Assembly (NCBI GenBank): GCA_045533905.1
Contig: JAZSIR010000001.1
Span: forward strand, 7,617 to 71,616
DNA length: 64,000 nucleotides
From: Clostridia bacterium
Lineage (GTDB): Bacteria; Bacillota; Clostridia; UMGS1883; UMGS1540
Reading direction: 5' to 3'
The first letter of the stretch is position 1. Each line of letters starts with the position of its first letter. Positions 37,493 through 46,002 of this stretch are shown here, one piece after another. The position numbers and the translations under genes are program-made. A model generated the notes under the pieces. It searched no databases and was not told the origin of the DNA. It was given only the letters and a program-made list of their open reading frames with translations.

Positions 37493-38613
37493 AAAATTTC
37501 TTTCTTAGTATTTGCAGGGTTCTTGATGGCATACATAAAAAGTTTTCCGAGTGCCTCGCCGATTTCCCTGCCGGAAAAACCGATTTCCGCAAGGTCCCTG
37601 CCTGAAATTGGAAGTTCCGCCATATGCATTAAAGTGCCGTTTTCCTTTGCGCATATCCATTCTTTCTCAGCCGCCGCGTCCTGCAAAAAATCAAAAAGCT
37701 CTTCCGCGGACGAATGTTTAAGAGACGCGACATCAAAAACTATGCTTTCGCCCCTTTTATAGGCAGAAAGCTCCTCTGCGGAAAGAACGAGTGCACGCGG
37801 GGCATGCAAAGACCGCAGTGTTTCCGCGGCATCCTCGTCCAGAAGGTGCGCCCATTTTGCCGAAAGCGTGCGACACGCCGCAACCTTCTGAAATGTCGAT
37901 GCAGAAAGCGAGGCCTTTGGCACAGTGACGCGAAAGACGACCTCAGCCGCCGAAAGCGCCGAAAAATTGGCATACGTAAGGAGCTTTGTAAGTTCGGCAA
38001 AAATCCGCTCGCGGCTTATATCCTGCAGCGTAGCCGCCATTTCCCTGGCCGCTTTTTCCGTTTCTTCTTCCACAGAAAACGAAAGCTGCGCCGCAAAGCG
38101 AAAAAGGCGCAGGATGCGAAGGGCATCCTCTCCAAACCGCTGGCGCGGATCCCCCACCGTGCGAAGAAGCTTCTTTTCAAGGTCGGCTTCTCCTGAAAAC
38201 GGGTCATACACCCCGCTTTCAGGGCTATACGCTATGGCGTTTACGGTGAAATCCCGCCTTTTTAGATCTTCGTCAATCTCCGAAAGAAAATCCACGCTGT
38301 CCGGCCTTCTTTTATCGGTGTATGCACCGTCTTTCCGAAAGGTGGTAACTTCTATCGCACCCTCATCGGTTACAACTGTTACTGTGCCGTGCAAAAGCCC
38401 GGTATCATAGGTGTGCGGAAAAAGGCGCTTTACTTCCTCCGGCCGTGCGGAGGTGGCCACATCATAGTCGTGCGGCGTGCGGGACAAAAGAAGGTCCCTT
38501 ACACATCCGCCTACCGCATAGGCACGAAAACCCGCGTCCGTAAGTGTTTTACATATTGCTTCCACGTGCCGGGGCAGTGGCAAGTATCTCATCTTTTCTT
38601 TCATATTTTTCAA
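37441..38613 (-). CDS. cca: CCA-adding tRNA nucleotidyltransferase / poly(A) polymerase family protein.
   Basis: Nucleotidyltransferase motif YAVGGCVRDLLL..DYDVAT, then the RRDFTVNA head domain. Confidence 0.8.
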   Translation of the reverse strand: MKNMKEKMRYLPLPRHVEAICKTLTDAGFRAYAVGGCVRDLLLSRTPHDYDVATSARPEEVKRLFPHTYDTGLLHGTVTVVTDEGAIEVTTFRKDGAYTDKRRPDSVDFLSEIDEDLKRRDFTVNAIAYSPESGVYDPFSGEADLEKKLLRTVGDPRQRFGEDALRILRLFRFAAQLSFSVEEETEKAAREMAATLQDISRERIFAELTKLLTYANFSALSAAEVVFRVTVPKASLSASTFQKVAACRTLSAKWAHLLDEDAAETLRSLHAPRALVLSAEELSAYKRGESIVFDVASLKHSSAEELFDFLQDAAAEKEWICAKENGTLMHMAELPISGRDLAEIGFSGREIGEALGKLFMYAIKNPANTKKEILWEEALWIYKNEHLKTE

Positions 38614-39694
38614 AAATAAAATCTCCCAGACGCTTCATAGGGTTTCGCTCGCTTATGGTGCGAATCCCCTCCCGAAGGTTTTCACGCCGCCAATCATTCT
38701 GCAAAAACTGGTATACTGCCTCCTCAATCGGGCAAGTACTCGAAACAGCCATCGCAAGGCCGTTATTGACAAGGAACTCGCGATTTCTGTCCTCATGCCC
38801 CGGAATCGGGTTCATCAGAATGGTCGGCACCCCTTTGACAAGGCTTTCCGAAAGCGTAATCCCGCCCGGCTTTGTAATCATAAGGTCAGCCGCATCCATC
38901 ATCACATCCACATTGTCTACATACTCGTAAGCATACAAAGTATGCGCCGTTTTCAGCCGGTCGATATCGCGCTTCGCTTTCCTGTTTTTGCCGCAGACAC
39001 AAAGAAGCTGAAAATCATCCTGTATCTTATCAATCTGGCGTATGCTCTTTGTCATATTGCCGTAGCCCATACTGCCCATCATCACCAAAATCGTGGTTTT
39101 ATTCTCGATGCCGAGCGCCGCACGTGCCTCCGCTTTGGAAACGGACGTGGTGAATTTTTCCCGCACGGGAATCCCAAACGGCAAAATCTTATACTCCGAA
39201 ATTCCCTTCCGGATGCACTGGTAATTCAGGAGGGATGATGCGGTCACATAATAGTCAAGCCTTGTATTCTCCCAGTACGGATGCATCGTGAAGTCTGTTA
39301 CGATACCGAAGGTGGGGATTTCCCCGAGTTCTGCTTCCAGATATGTCAGATGGAGCGCCGCAAAAAGATGTGTGGTAATAATCACATCAGGCGAGAAGGA
39401 TTCGATATGACGAAGAAGCTTCTGCCCCACAACACTGTTGGCAATGCGGCTTAAGGGAATACCGTGGTGCTCGCTCTTTTCTGCAAGGCGGTACGCTCTT
39501 CTGTACATACCGGTTGCATACTGCGTGCCCACAAGATATCCCTTTTCAAGAGAATCGCTGAGAAGCGGGTTTGTTGCCTTATAGGCATCCAGCACGCGGC
39601 ACTCATGCCCGCGGGTTTCGAAATACTCGGAGATGGCCATTGCAGTCTGCGTATGACCCTGACCGGTTGAAATTGTTAAAACTAAAATTTTCAA
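38549..39694 (-). CDS. MGDG-synthase-family glycosyltransferase (diacylglycerol glycosyltransferase, UgtP/MurG-like GT28).
   Basis: N-terminus MKILVLTISTGQGHTQTA and C-terminal GT-B domain (GGITLSESLVKGVPTIL). Its 3' end overlaps the annotated cca start by about 45-65 nt. Confidence 0.65.
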   Translation of the reverse strand: MKILVLTISTGQGHTQTAMAISEYFETRGHECRVLDAYKATNPLLSDSLEKGYLVGTQYATGMYRRAYRLAEKSEHHGIPLSRIANSVVGQKLLRHIESFSPDVIITTHLFAALHLTYLEAELGEIPTFGIVTDFTMHPYWENTRLDYYVTASSLLNYQCIRKGISEYKILPFGIPVREKFTTSVSKAEARAALGIENKTTILVMMGSMGYGNMTKSIRQIDKIQDDFQLLCVCGKNRKAKRDIDRLKTAHTLYAYEYVDNVDVMMDAADLMITKPGGITLSESLVKGVPTILMNPIPGHEDRNREFLVNNGLAMAVSSTCPIEEAVYQFLQNDWRRENLREGIRTISERNPMKRLGDFIFEKYERKDEILATAPARGSNM

Positions 39695-39804
39695 AACACT
39701 TCCGCCTTTCCTGTGTCACCAAAAAAGTGGCGTTTACATACTATACTATTGAAACAGCGGTGTGCTGTTTTACAGTACTATCAATATTTAAGGAGGACTT
39801 ACAC

Positions 39805-39954
39805 ATGGGTTTATTTGGTGGATGTGGCAACAACAACGGTAATTCCTGTCTCTGGATTATCATCATTCTGATCCTCATCTTCTGCTGCGGCTGCGGCTCG
39901 AACAATCTCGTAGGTGGCTGCCAGAGCAACTGCGGCAACGGTTGCTGCGACTAA
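39805..39954 (+). CDS. YjcZ-like tiny Cys/Gly/Asn-rich transmembrane peptide (49 aa), first of a tandem pair.
   Basis: MGLFGGCGNNNGNSCLWIIIILILIFCCGCGSNNLVGGCQSNCGNGCCD. AAGGAGGA RBS 8 nt upstream. Architecture is a Gly/Cys-rich N-terminus, a hydrophobic core and a Cys-rich tail, like the 'tiny_TM_bacill'/YjcZ sporulation peptides. Confidence 0.5.
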   Translation: MGLFGGCGNNNGNSCLWIIIILILIFCCGCGSNNLVGGCQSNCGNGCCD

Positions 39955-39989
39955 GAGAATCTCTATCTAGCTTTCAGAAAGGAGTATAC

Positions 39990-40118
39990 ATGATGAACTG
40001 CGGTCTTTCTTGCGGAAACAACAGCAATAACTGCTGTGAATGGATTTGGTGGATTCTTATCATCTATGTTTTCTTGAACTGCTTCTGCGGCGGTTGTAAC
40101 AACCAGAGCTGCTGCTAA
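39990..40118 (+). CDS. YjcZ-like tiny Cys-rich transmembrane peptide (42 aa), second of the pair.
   Basis: MMNCGLSCGNNSNNCCEWIWWILIIYVFLNCFCGGCNNQSCC. AAAGGAG RBS. Confidence 0.5.
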   Translation: MMNCGLSCGNNSNNCCEWIWWILIIYVFLNCFCGGCNNQSCC

Positions 40119-40169
40119 ATCCGAAAGGGCACTGCATCGGGCGAAGTTTCGCCCGATGTAGCCTTCCCG

Positions 40170-40745
40170 CTATTTTTCAAGATATGCGCGAAACTTTGCC
40201 AGCGCTCGCGAGCGGTGGCTGATTTCATTTTTTATTTCGGGCGAAAGTTCCCCGAAGGTTTTGCCGTATTCCGGAATGTAAAATACGGGGTCATACCCAA
40301 AGCCGTTCGTGCCGTGCGGTGAAAACGAGATTACACCGCGACATTCGCCGCGAAAGACCTTTTCCTCCCCTTCGGGCGTGACATAGGCGATAACAGATAC
40401 GAATGCCGCCCCACGTGCTGCTTCGGGAATTTCCTGCATGGCGAGAAGAAGCTTCTCCACATTTTTTTCGTCTGTGGCGTCTTCCCCCGCATACCGTGCC
40501 GAATAAATGCCGGGCGCGCCGGAAAGGGCATCTACCGCAAGCCCCGAATCATCCGCAATCGCGGCTTTTCCCGTAGCGTGCATCACAGCGCGCGCCTTAA
40601 TCAGCGCATTTTCCTCAAAGCTTGCACCATCTTCTATTATTTCTTCCGTAAATCCTGCTTCCCGCATAGTAATAAGTTCATAGGAAGGCAGAATTTTGCG
40701 GAATTCTTTCATTTTACCCATATTTCCTGTTGCAACCACCAGCAT
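40170..40745 (-). CDS. rdgB: Non-canonical purine NTP pyrophosphatase (XTP/dITP diphosphatase, Ham1/RdgB).
   Basis: Ham1 signature (ATGNMGKMKEF..KARAV..ADDSGLAVDALSGAPGIYSARYAG..FGYDPVF). Confidence 0.85.
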   Translation of the reverse strand: MLVVATGNMGKMKEFRKILPSYELITMREAGFTEEIIEDGASFEENALIKARAVMHATGKAAIADDSGLAVDALSGAPGIYSARYAGEDATDEKNVEKLLLAMQEIPEAARGAAFVSVIAYVTPEGEEKVFRGECRGVISFSPHGTNGFGYDPVFYIPEYGKTFGELSPEIKNEISHRSRALAKFRAYLEK

Positions 40746-40916
40746 TTTCGTTTCTCCTTTTGGGGCTATCGGATAATCGGCAGAAATTTTCTTGCGATTT
40801 CCTCTACGCCGTAAGTATTCGGATGCACCTCGTCTGCAGAGATAAAGGACATATCCCCAAGAACAAAGCGCCCGTTTATGTAGGTCACATTTTATAGTGC
40901 ATTCCTTTTCCCCAAT

Positions 40917-41402
40917 TTATTTTTCTTCCGCCACAACAAACAAAGTCGAGTATTCTTCCACATCATAGTCGCCCGCGGCGCGAAAATCCATAAATTCTTT
41001 TTTGAGGCAGTATTCGCCGGGCGAAAGTTTGCCGTACAGATACTCCCAGTCTACCGAAAACTCGGTAGTTTCATTTTTCCGGATGATATAGGCCATTGCA
41101 TTCCACGTGTAATTTTCGATAATTGTGCTGACCGGTTCCCAGTCTTCGCCCTTTTTTTCAAAAAGCACAAAGTCCGCCCCTGTCTGAAGCTGGCCCGTAG
41201 GTTTGCCGCCTTTCTGTGTCACACGGATTTTTATACCGCCGGCGGTTACATTTTCTGCCGAAAGCGTAAGACCCCAGTCATATGTCTTCGATTCTTCTAC
41301 ATATACGGAAGTGGGGCCCTCTGCCCCGCCGATAGGGCTCTCGCCCGCGCAGCCCGAAAGAAGGCAAAGCGCCGAAAGCAGTATGAGAGATATTCGTTTC
41401 AT
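40917..41402 (-). CDS. Putative lipoprotein.
   Basis: Start chosen at MKRISLILLSALCLLSGCAG (lipobox LSGC) with an AAAGGAAG RBS. The ORF-track extension to 41600 has no signal peptide and runs antisense into the next gene. Confidence 0.5.
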   Translation of the reverse strand: MKRISLILLSALCLLSGCAGESPIGGAEGPTSVYVEESKTYDWGLTLSAENVTAGGIKIRVTQKGGKPTGQLQTGADFVLFEKKGEDWEPVSTIIENYTWNAMAYIIRKNETTEFSVDWEYLYGKLSPGEYCLKKEFMDFRAAGDYDVEEYSTLFVVAEEK

Positions 41403-41428
41403 ATTTTCTTCCTTTCCCCAAAGTGCTC

Positions 41429-42373
41429 CTACAGTAAGCCCAGAAAGCTTAAAAGGAACGTCCAGCCGAACAGGGTGATAAGGCACAGCGCTGAAGAAAT
41501 AACTACCAGGTGCGCCGCCAGCTGCTCGTCCCCACCCGTTTGCTGCGCCATCGTAAAGGACGACACGGCAACAGGTGCACCAAAGGTAATGAGCACACAA
41601 ACGAGTGCTTCACCACGGATGCCGAGGCAGGCGGCCGCGGAAAGTGCCAGAAGCGGAATCCATATGAGCTTTGCACTGACGGTAACCGTGATTTCTTTTA
41701 TACATTTCCGTATCGACTGATATTCAAACTCCGCGCCGAGCGCGATGAGTGCAAGCGGCGTTGCCACCGCGGCAACATCCTTTACTGAACTTTCGAGTAG
41801 CGAAGGCAATCGAAGATCCAAAAGCAAAAAGCCAACACCGAAAAGGCATGCTATAATTAAGGGGTTTTTGAAAATTTCCTTGACCATATGCATAGTGGAA
41901 GGGCGACCCTCGCCGTTTCCGAACCAGGTGAGCGCAAAGATGGCCAGAATATTAAAAATCGGCACGACCACGCTTACCATGAGAGATGCCACGCCGCCCG
42001 CCCCGCTTCCATAGAGGTATCCCACGAAAGGAAGCCCCAAAAGTGCGAAGTTCGAGCGAAAGGTTCCCTGCAGTATTACGCCCCTTTTTGCATTTTCCTT
42101 TGCGGTGCACATTGCCACCGCATACCCGAGGGCGAAATTTATAAGAATTGCGATAATGGTGAAGAGAACGAGCTTTCCATCAAAGATACTGCCAAGGTCC
42201 GTTTTATACAGATTATAAAATAAAAGCACAGGCAAAAAGACTTTGAAAACCATTTTATTCATCGTATCAAAGCCTCTTTTATCGGTAAGCTTTATCTTTT
42301 TCAGAAAATAGCCGATAAGCATCAGCACAAAGAGAGGCGCCACGGCATTATATGACAGCTGTAAGCTTTCCAA
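41429..42373 (-). CDS. AEC (auxin efflux carrier) family transporter.
   Basis: Ten-TM membrane-transport (Mem_trans) pattern. Probable TTG start with a GGAGGA RBS (ESLQLSYNAVAPLF...). The ORF track extends to 42436. Confidence 0.65.
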   Translation of the reverse strand: MESLQLSYNAVAPLFVLMLIGYFLKKIKLTDKRGFDTMNKMVFKVFLPVLLFYNLYKTDLGSIFDGKLVLFTIIAILINFALGYAVAMCTAKENAKRGVILQGTFRSNFALLGLPFVGYLYGSGAGGVASLMVSVVVPIFNILAIFALTWFGNGEGRPSTMHMVKEIFKNPLIIACLFGVGFLLLDLRLPSLLESSVKDVAAVATPLALIALGAEFEYQSIRKCIKEITVTVSAKLIWIPLLALSAAACLGIRGEALVCVLITFGAPVAVSSFTMAQQTGGDEQLAAHLVVISSALCLITLFGWTFLLSFLGLL

Positions 42374-42395
42374 TTGTTTTCCTCCGTACGCTTTT

Positions 42396-43064
42396 TTAGA
42401 TCTTATAGGCCTTTTCGGTAGGAATGGCGAACACAATGCCGTTTGCTTCTGAAGTAAGGCCGAACGCCCCGTTTACATCCTGCATAATCCGGCGGCTTGT
42501 TTCAAGCGGTGCAAGGATACAAAGGATTTCGCGCTCACCCTCGATATTTGTTTTGCCCATTGCGGCAAACTGCTCAACCTCGGCAAGGCGCCCTTTGATG
42601 ATCGTGCCGCCGGTGGCACCTGCTTTTCTTGCAGTATGCATTACGTCCTCGGCGTAGCCTTCATTTACAGATATGAAAATCAAATTGTTATGATGCTCGT
42701 TTTTCATTGCGCCATCTCCTTTTTCTGCGTTTACATCGTTATTGAAGCCGAGCACCTCCGTGAGAAGTCTGCTCGCGGCGGAAACCCCCAGAATAATCAT
42801 AAGACCGCCGTATTTTGAGTGGCTCTCAAAGGCCGTGCCGAAATTCGCCATCATCGTTTTGACAACACCCTCCGCGCCGAGGCTTATGATGATATCTTTA
42901 TCGTGTGAACCAAGGCCGAAGATGTCCATCATTTCCGTAGGTGCCGTGCCGAGGCCGACCGATTGGAAATTGATACGGATATCGTTCTTTTCGAGTTCTT
43001 TTATCAGTTTTTGTCCTTTATCCCGTTCTACAATGGATAAAAGGAACATCGGTTTTTTGCTCAT
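42396..43064 (-). CDS. P-II (GlnB)-like protein with two tandem P-II-fold domains.
   Basis: Two halves of about 105 aa each with a beta-alpha-beta pattern and a Gly-rich loop (GRLAEVEQFAAMGKTNIEGEREILCILAP). Coupled by ATGA to the upstream DUF1538 gene. Confidence 0.45.
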   Translation of the reverse strand: MSKKPMFLLSIVERDKGQKLIKELEKNDIRINFQSVGLGTAPTEMMDIFGLGSHDKDIIISLGAEGVVKTMMANFGTAFESHSKYGGLMIILGVSAASRLLTEVLGFNNDVNAEKGDGAMKNEHHNNLIFISVNEGYAEDVMHTARKAGATGGTIIKGRLAEVEQFAAMGKTNIEGEREILCILAPLETSRRIMQDVNGAFGLTSEANGIVFAIPTEKAYKI

Positions 43065-44584
43065 ACGCTCTCCTCCTCATCAAAGAACAGAATATCATCC
43101 TCGAGCATACTGATTTCGGTGTGAAGCCTCTGCAGCATGCGGGCACGTCTTCTCCTTTCAAAAAGGCCTAATGTCTGAATCGTGATGAGCGGTGTCATCG
43201 CAATCATCGCTACAATGCCGAAGGCATCCATCATCACATTGCCTCCGATGGCCTCGCAGGCACCCATTGCAAACGGAAGCATAAAGGTCGATGTCATCGG
43301 ACCGCTCGCAACGCCGCCCGAGTCAAACGCGATGCCGGTATAGATGTGCGGCACGAAAAAGCTGATGACAATGGATATGGCATATCCCAAAATCAAAAAC
43401 GGCATAATCGGCATCCCCGTAAGAACACGGAGCATAGAGATGCCCACAGAAATCGAAACGCCGACGGAAAGCGCCGTTGCTACGGCTTTCTGGGAAATAG
43501 CGCCGTTTGTAATTTCGCTGACCTGTCTTTTTAAGGAGTGCACCGCAGGCTCTGCAGAAACCACGAAGTAGCCCATCACCATACCGACGGGAATAAGCAT
43601 CGCGCGAAAGGAACCCCCGGCAAGCTTTGCGCCGATAAGGCGGCCTGCGGGCATAAAGCCGACGTTGGCGCCCGTCAAAAAAAGTACAAGCCCTATATAG
43701 GTGTATACAAAACCGACGGACATTTTGAGAACATTATGAATATGGAATCTCCTTGTGATAAGCTGAAAGACAAGAAAGACCAAAACAATCGGCACAAACG
43801 CCATCAAAACCTCTTTTGCATATTTCGGGAGCCAGTGTGCAAACTCGCCGAAAGCTTCCGTAGTTGTGGTAATTTCCGTCATCGTATAGGTCGAGGTGGC
43901 AGCGTGGGGCCTGAAGAAAATGCTAAGAAGAAGCACCGACAAGATGGGACCGATACTGCAAAGTGCTACAAGACCGAAGCTGTTTTCGCCGCTATGCTTA
44001 CCACCCTTGACAGAGGCAAGACCTGCACCGAGCGCCATAATAAAGGGCACCGTGATGGGTCCGGTGGTAACGCCGCCCGAATCAAAGGCTGTAGGTACAA
44101 ATTCGGCCGGTGCAAAGAAGGAAAGGCCGATAATTAAGATGTAGAAAATAAGCAAAAGTGTGCGAAGTGGGATATTCTTTTTGTTCCGGACAAGCGTGAT
44201 ACTGAGAAAAACACCGACGCCGATACCGACACAGTTTATAAGAAGTGCATTCGGAATGGTAGGCACCTGCTCGGCAAGCACCTGCAGATCCGGTTCCGAC
44301 ACGGTAATCAGAAAGCCGAGAACGCCGCAGATAATAAGCGGCAGCAAAATTTTGCTGTTTTTATTGAGAGACTTCCCGATGCCATCGCCAAGCGGTTCCA
44401 TCGATATGCCGGAACCTACCGTAAAAAAGCCCATTCCGAGGATCAGAAGAATTGTGCCGAATAAAAACAGAACGAGCACCCCGGCATCGAGCGTTACTGC
44501 GGTGACAGACAGAATTAAAACAATAATCGCAATCGGCAAAACCGAGGAAAGCGATTCTTTGGCAGATGCATAAATATGTGACAT
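43061..44584 (-). CDS. DUF1538-family membrane protein with two internal repeats.
   Basis: Polytopic, with the repeated segment GVTTGPITVPFIMALG / GVASGPMTSTFMLPFAMG. Start at MSHIYA, which has an AAGGAG RBS; the ORF-track start at 44743 lies in AT-rich promoter DNA. Confidence 0.6.
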   Translation of the reverse strand: MSHIYASAKESLSSVLPIAIIVLILSVTAVTLDAGVLVLFLFGTILLILGMGFFTVGSGISMEPLGDGIGKSLNKNSKILLPLIICGVLGFLITVSEPDLQVLAEQVPTIPNALLINCVGIGVGVFLSITLVRNKKNIPLRTLLLIFYILIIGLSFFAPAEFVPTAFDSGGVTTGPITVPFIMALGAGLASVKGGKHSGENSFGLVALCSIGPILSVLLLSIFFRPHAATSTYTMTEITTTTEAFGEFAHWLPKYAKEVLMAFVPIVLVFLVFQLITRRFHIHNVLKMSVGFVYTYIGLVLFLTGANVGFMPAGRLIGAKLAGGSFRAMLIPVGMVMGYFVVSAEPAVHSLKRQVSEITNGAISQKAVATALSVGVSISVGISMLRVLTGMPIMPFLILGYAISIVISFFVPHIYTGIAFDSGGVASGPMTSTFMLPFAMGACEAIGGNVMMDAFGIVAMIAMTPLITIQTLGLFERRRRARMLQRLHTEISMLEDDILFFDEEESV

Positions 44585-44730
44585 GCAAACGACTCCTTGC
44601 CCTAAACCCACACGGATTTTTCTATGTATATCCTGACGGTTTTCTGCAAATTCACAGTTATAGTTTATTATACCATATTCTTCTCTTTTTTGCAATTTTT
44701 TTGAAAAAAATAAAAAATTAAAAAAAAGAC

Positions 44731-44759
44731 TTGTATATTTCAAAAAGTTATGCTATAAT
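44731..44759 (+). promoter_or_regulatory. Extended -10 sigma-70 promoter for rpmB.
   Basis: TTGTAT, then 17 nt, then TGcTATAAT, inside a poly-A/T UP-like tract. Confidence 0.55.
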
Positions 44760-44803
44760 GTATCTGTTTCAGTATGGAAACGAACCGAAGGAGGTGTATA
44801 TAT

Positions 44804-44989
44804 ATGGCAAAGTGTGATATCTGCGGAAAGGGCGTTTCGTTTGGCATTCAGGTCAGCCACTCGCACAGAAGAGCAAATAAGATGTGGAAATCGAACATCA
44901 GAACAGTTAAGGCTATCGTTGGTGGTACGCCGAAAACGGTGCATGTTTGTTCCCGTTGTCTGCGCTCGGGTCTTGTGACACGCGCTTAA
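44804..44989 (+). CDS. rpmB: 50S ribosomal protein L28.
   Basis: MAKCDICGKGVSFGIQVSHSHRRANKMWKSNIRTVKAIVGGTPKTVHVCSRCLRSG. GAAGGAGG RBS. Confidence 0.85.
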   Translation: MAKCDICGKGVSFGIQVSHSHRRANKMWKSNIRTVKAIVGGTPKTVHVCSRCLRSGLVTRA

Positions 44990-45002
44990 TTCGTTTGGTT
45001 TG

Positions 45003-45040
45003 AGAAGAAGATATTTCCTCGCGAATATCTTCTTTTTTCA
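45003..45040 (+). terminator. Rho-independent terminator of rpmB.
   Basis: agaagatatt..aatatcttct stem followed by TTTTTT. Confidence 0.65.
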
Positions 45041-45067
45041 TTTAGAGAGAAACATAGAAAGGACTTT

Positions 45068-45958
45068 TTGAAAGTGAAAAGAAAACGTCGCTGGGGTGAC
45101 CGCAAAGACGGGAGACGCCTTCGTACTCTCCCCCCGATGTCTATGGTTTCCCCCTATATTATGAAAACACGCGCAGGCGCGCAAAATAAAGTGCATTATA
45201 CGTTGGATATTGCAAAGGTAGAAGACTATATCCGTAAAAAACGTGCCGAAGGGCTTAAGAGTTTTGGCGTTCTGCACGTACTCGTAGCCGCCTATGTGCG
45301 GACCGTGGCCGCAAGGCCCGCTATCAACCGCTTTATCTCCGGGCAGAAGATTTTTGCCCGCCACGACATTGAAACGGTGATGGCGATTAAAATGTCGATG
45401 ACGCTCGATGCGCCCGACACGATGATTAAGCTGAAGTTTGCACCGTCGGCAACGGCGGACGATGTATACCATGCTTTTGTAAAGGAAATTGATGCAAACC
45501 GTGGTGAAGGTGCTGCGGAGGAAAGCGATTTTGATAAGCTCGCACGTATTCTCCGCTACATCCCGGGGCTTCTTCTTCGCTTTACGGTTTCGATTCTGAC
45601 CTTCCTCGATTACTTCGGACATCTGCCGCGGTTTTTGACGAATTTAAGCCCGTTCCATGGCTCGATGGTCATTACCTCTATGGGGTCACTTGGTATTCCG
45701 CCGATTTACCATCATCTGTATGACTTTGGCAACGTACCGATTTTCATCGCGTACGGCGCAAAGAAAAAGATGATTGTACCGCAAAGAGGCACGTGCGAGC
45801 CGGAGTACAAGAAGTTTCTGGACTTTACGGTGACTACGGACGAGCGCATTTGTGACGGATACTATTTCGCCTCTGCCCTAAAGTATCTGTGCAGCATTCT
45901 CGAAAATCCGGATGTTTTAGACACGCCCCCGGAAAAGGTTATTGAAGATATTGAATAG
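45068..45958 (+). CDS. CoA-dependent acyltransferase-fold protein (2-oxoacid dehydrogenase E2 catalytic-domain-like / CAT-like).
   Basis: 296 aa. The SMGSLGIPPIYHHL..DHR-like core resembles the E2/CAT catalytic histidine region. Uncertain. Confidence 0.4.
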   Translation: MKVKRKRRWGDRKDGRRLRTLPPMSMVSPYIMKTRAGAQNKVHYTLDIAKVEDYIRKKRAEGLKSFGVLHVLVAAYVRTVAARPAINRFISGQKIFARHDIETVMAIKMSMTLDAPDTMIKLKFAPSATADDVYHAFVKEIDANRGEGAAEESDFDKLARILRYIPGLLLRFTVSILTFLDYFGHLPRFLTNLSPFHGSMVITSMGSLGIPPIYHHLYDFGNVPIFIAYGAKKKMIVPQRGTCEPEYKKFLDFTVTTDERICDGYYFASALKYLCSILENPDVLDTPPEKVIEDIE

Positions 45959-45967
45959 ACAAGATAA

Positions 45968-46000
45968 GGGACTGAAAACCTCGGTTTTCAGTCCCTTTTG
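45968..46000. terminator. Bidirectional terminator hairpin.
   Basis: Perfect 13-bp stem gggactgaaaacc / ggttttcagtccc followed by TTTT. Confidence 0.75.
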
Positions 46001-46002
46001 TA

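Noticed and set aside
40135-40158. Hairpin catcgggcga..tcgcccgatg between the tiny-peptide genes and rdgB
   Set aside because: It is a stable stem, but the T-run is about 15 nt away on the plus strand and absent on the minus strand. Not reported as a confident intrinsic terminator.
40746-40916. Possible 28-aa minus-strand ORF (MSFISADEVHPNTYGVEEIARKFLPIIR) upstream of rdgB
   Set aside because: No RBS and no recognisable family. It is probably just the rdgB 5' leader.
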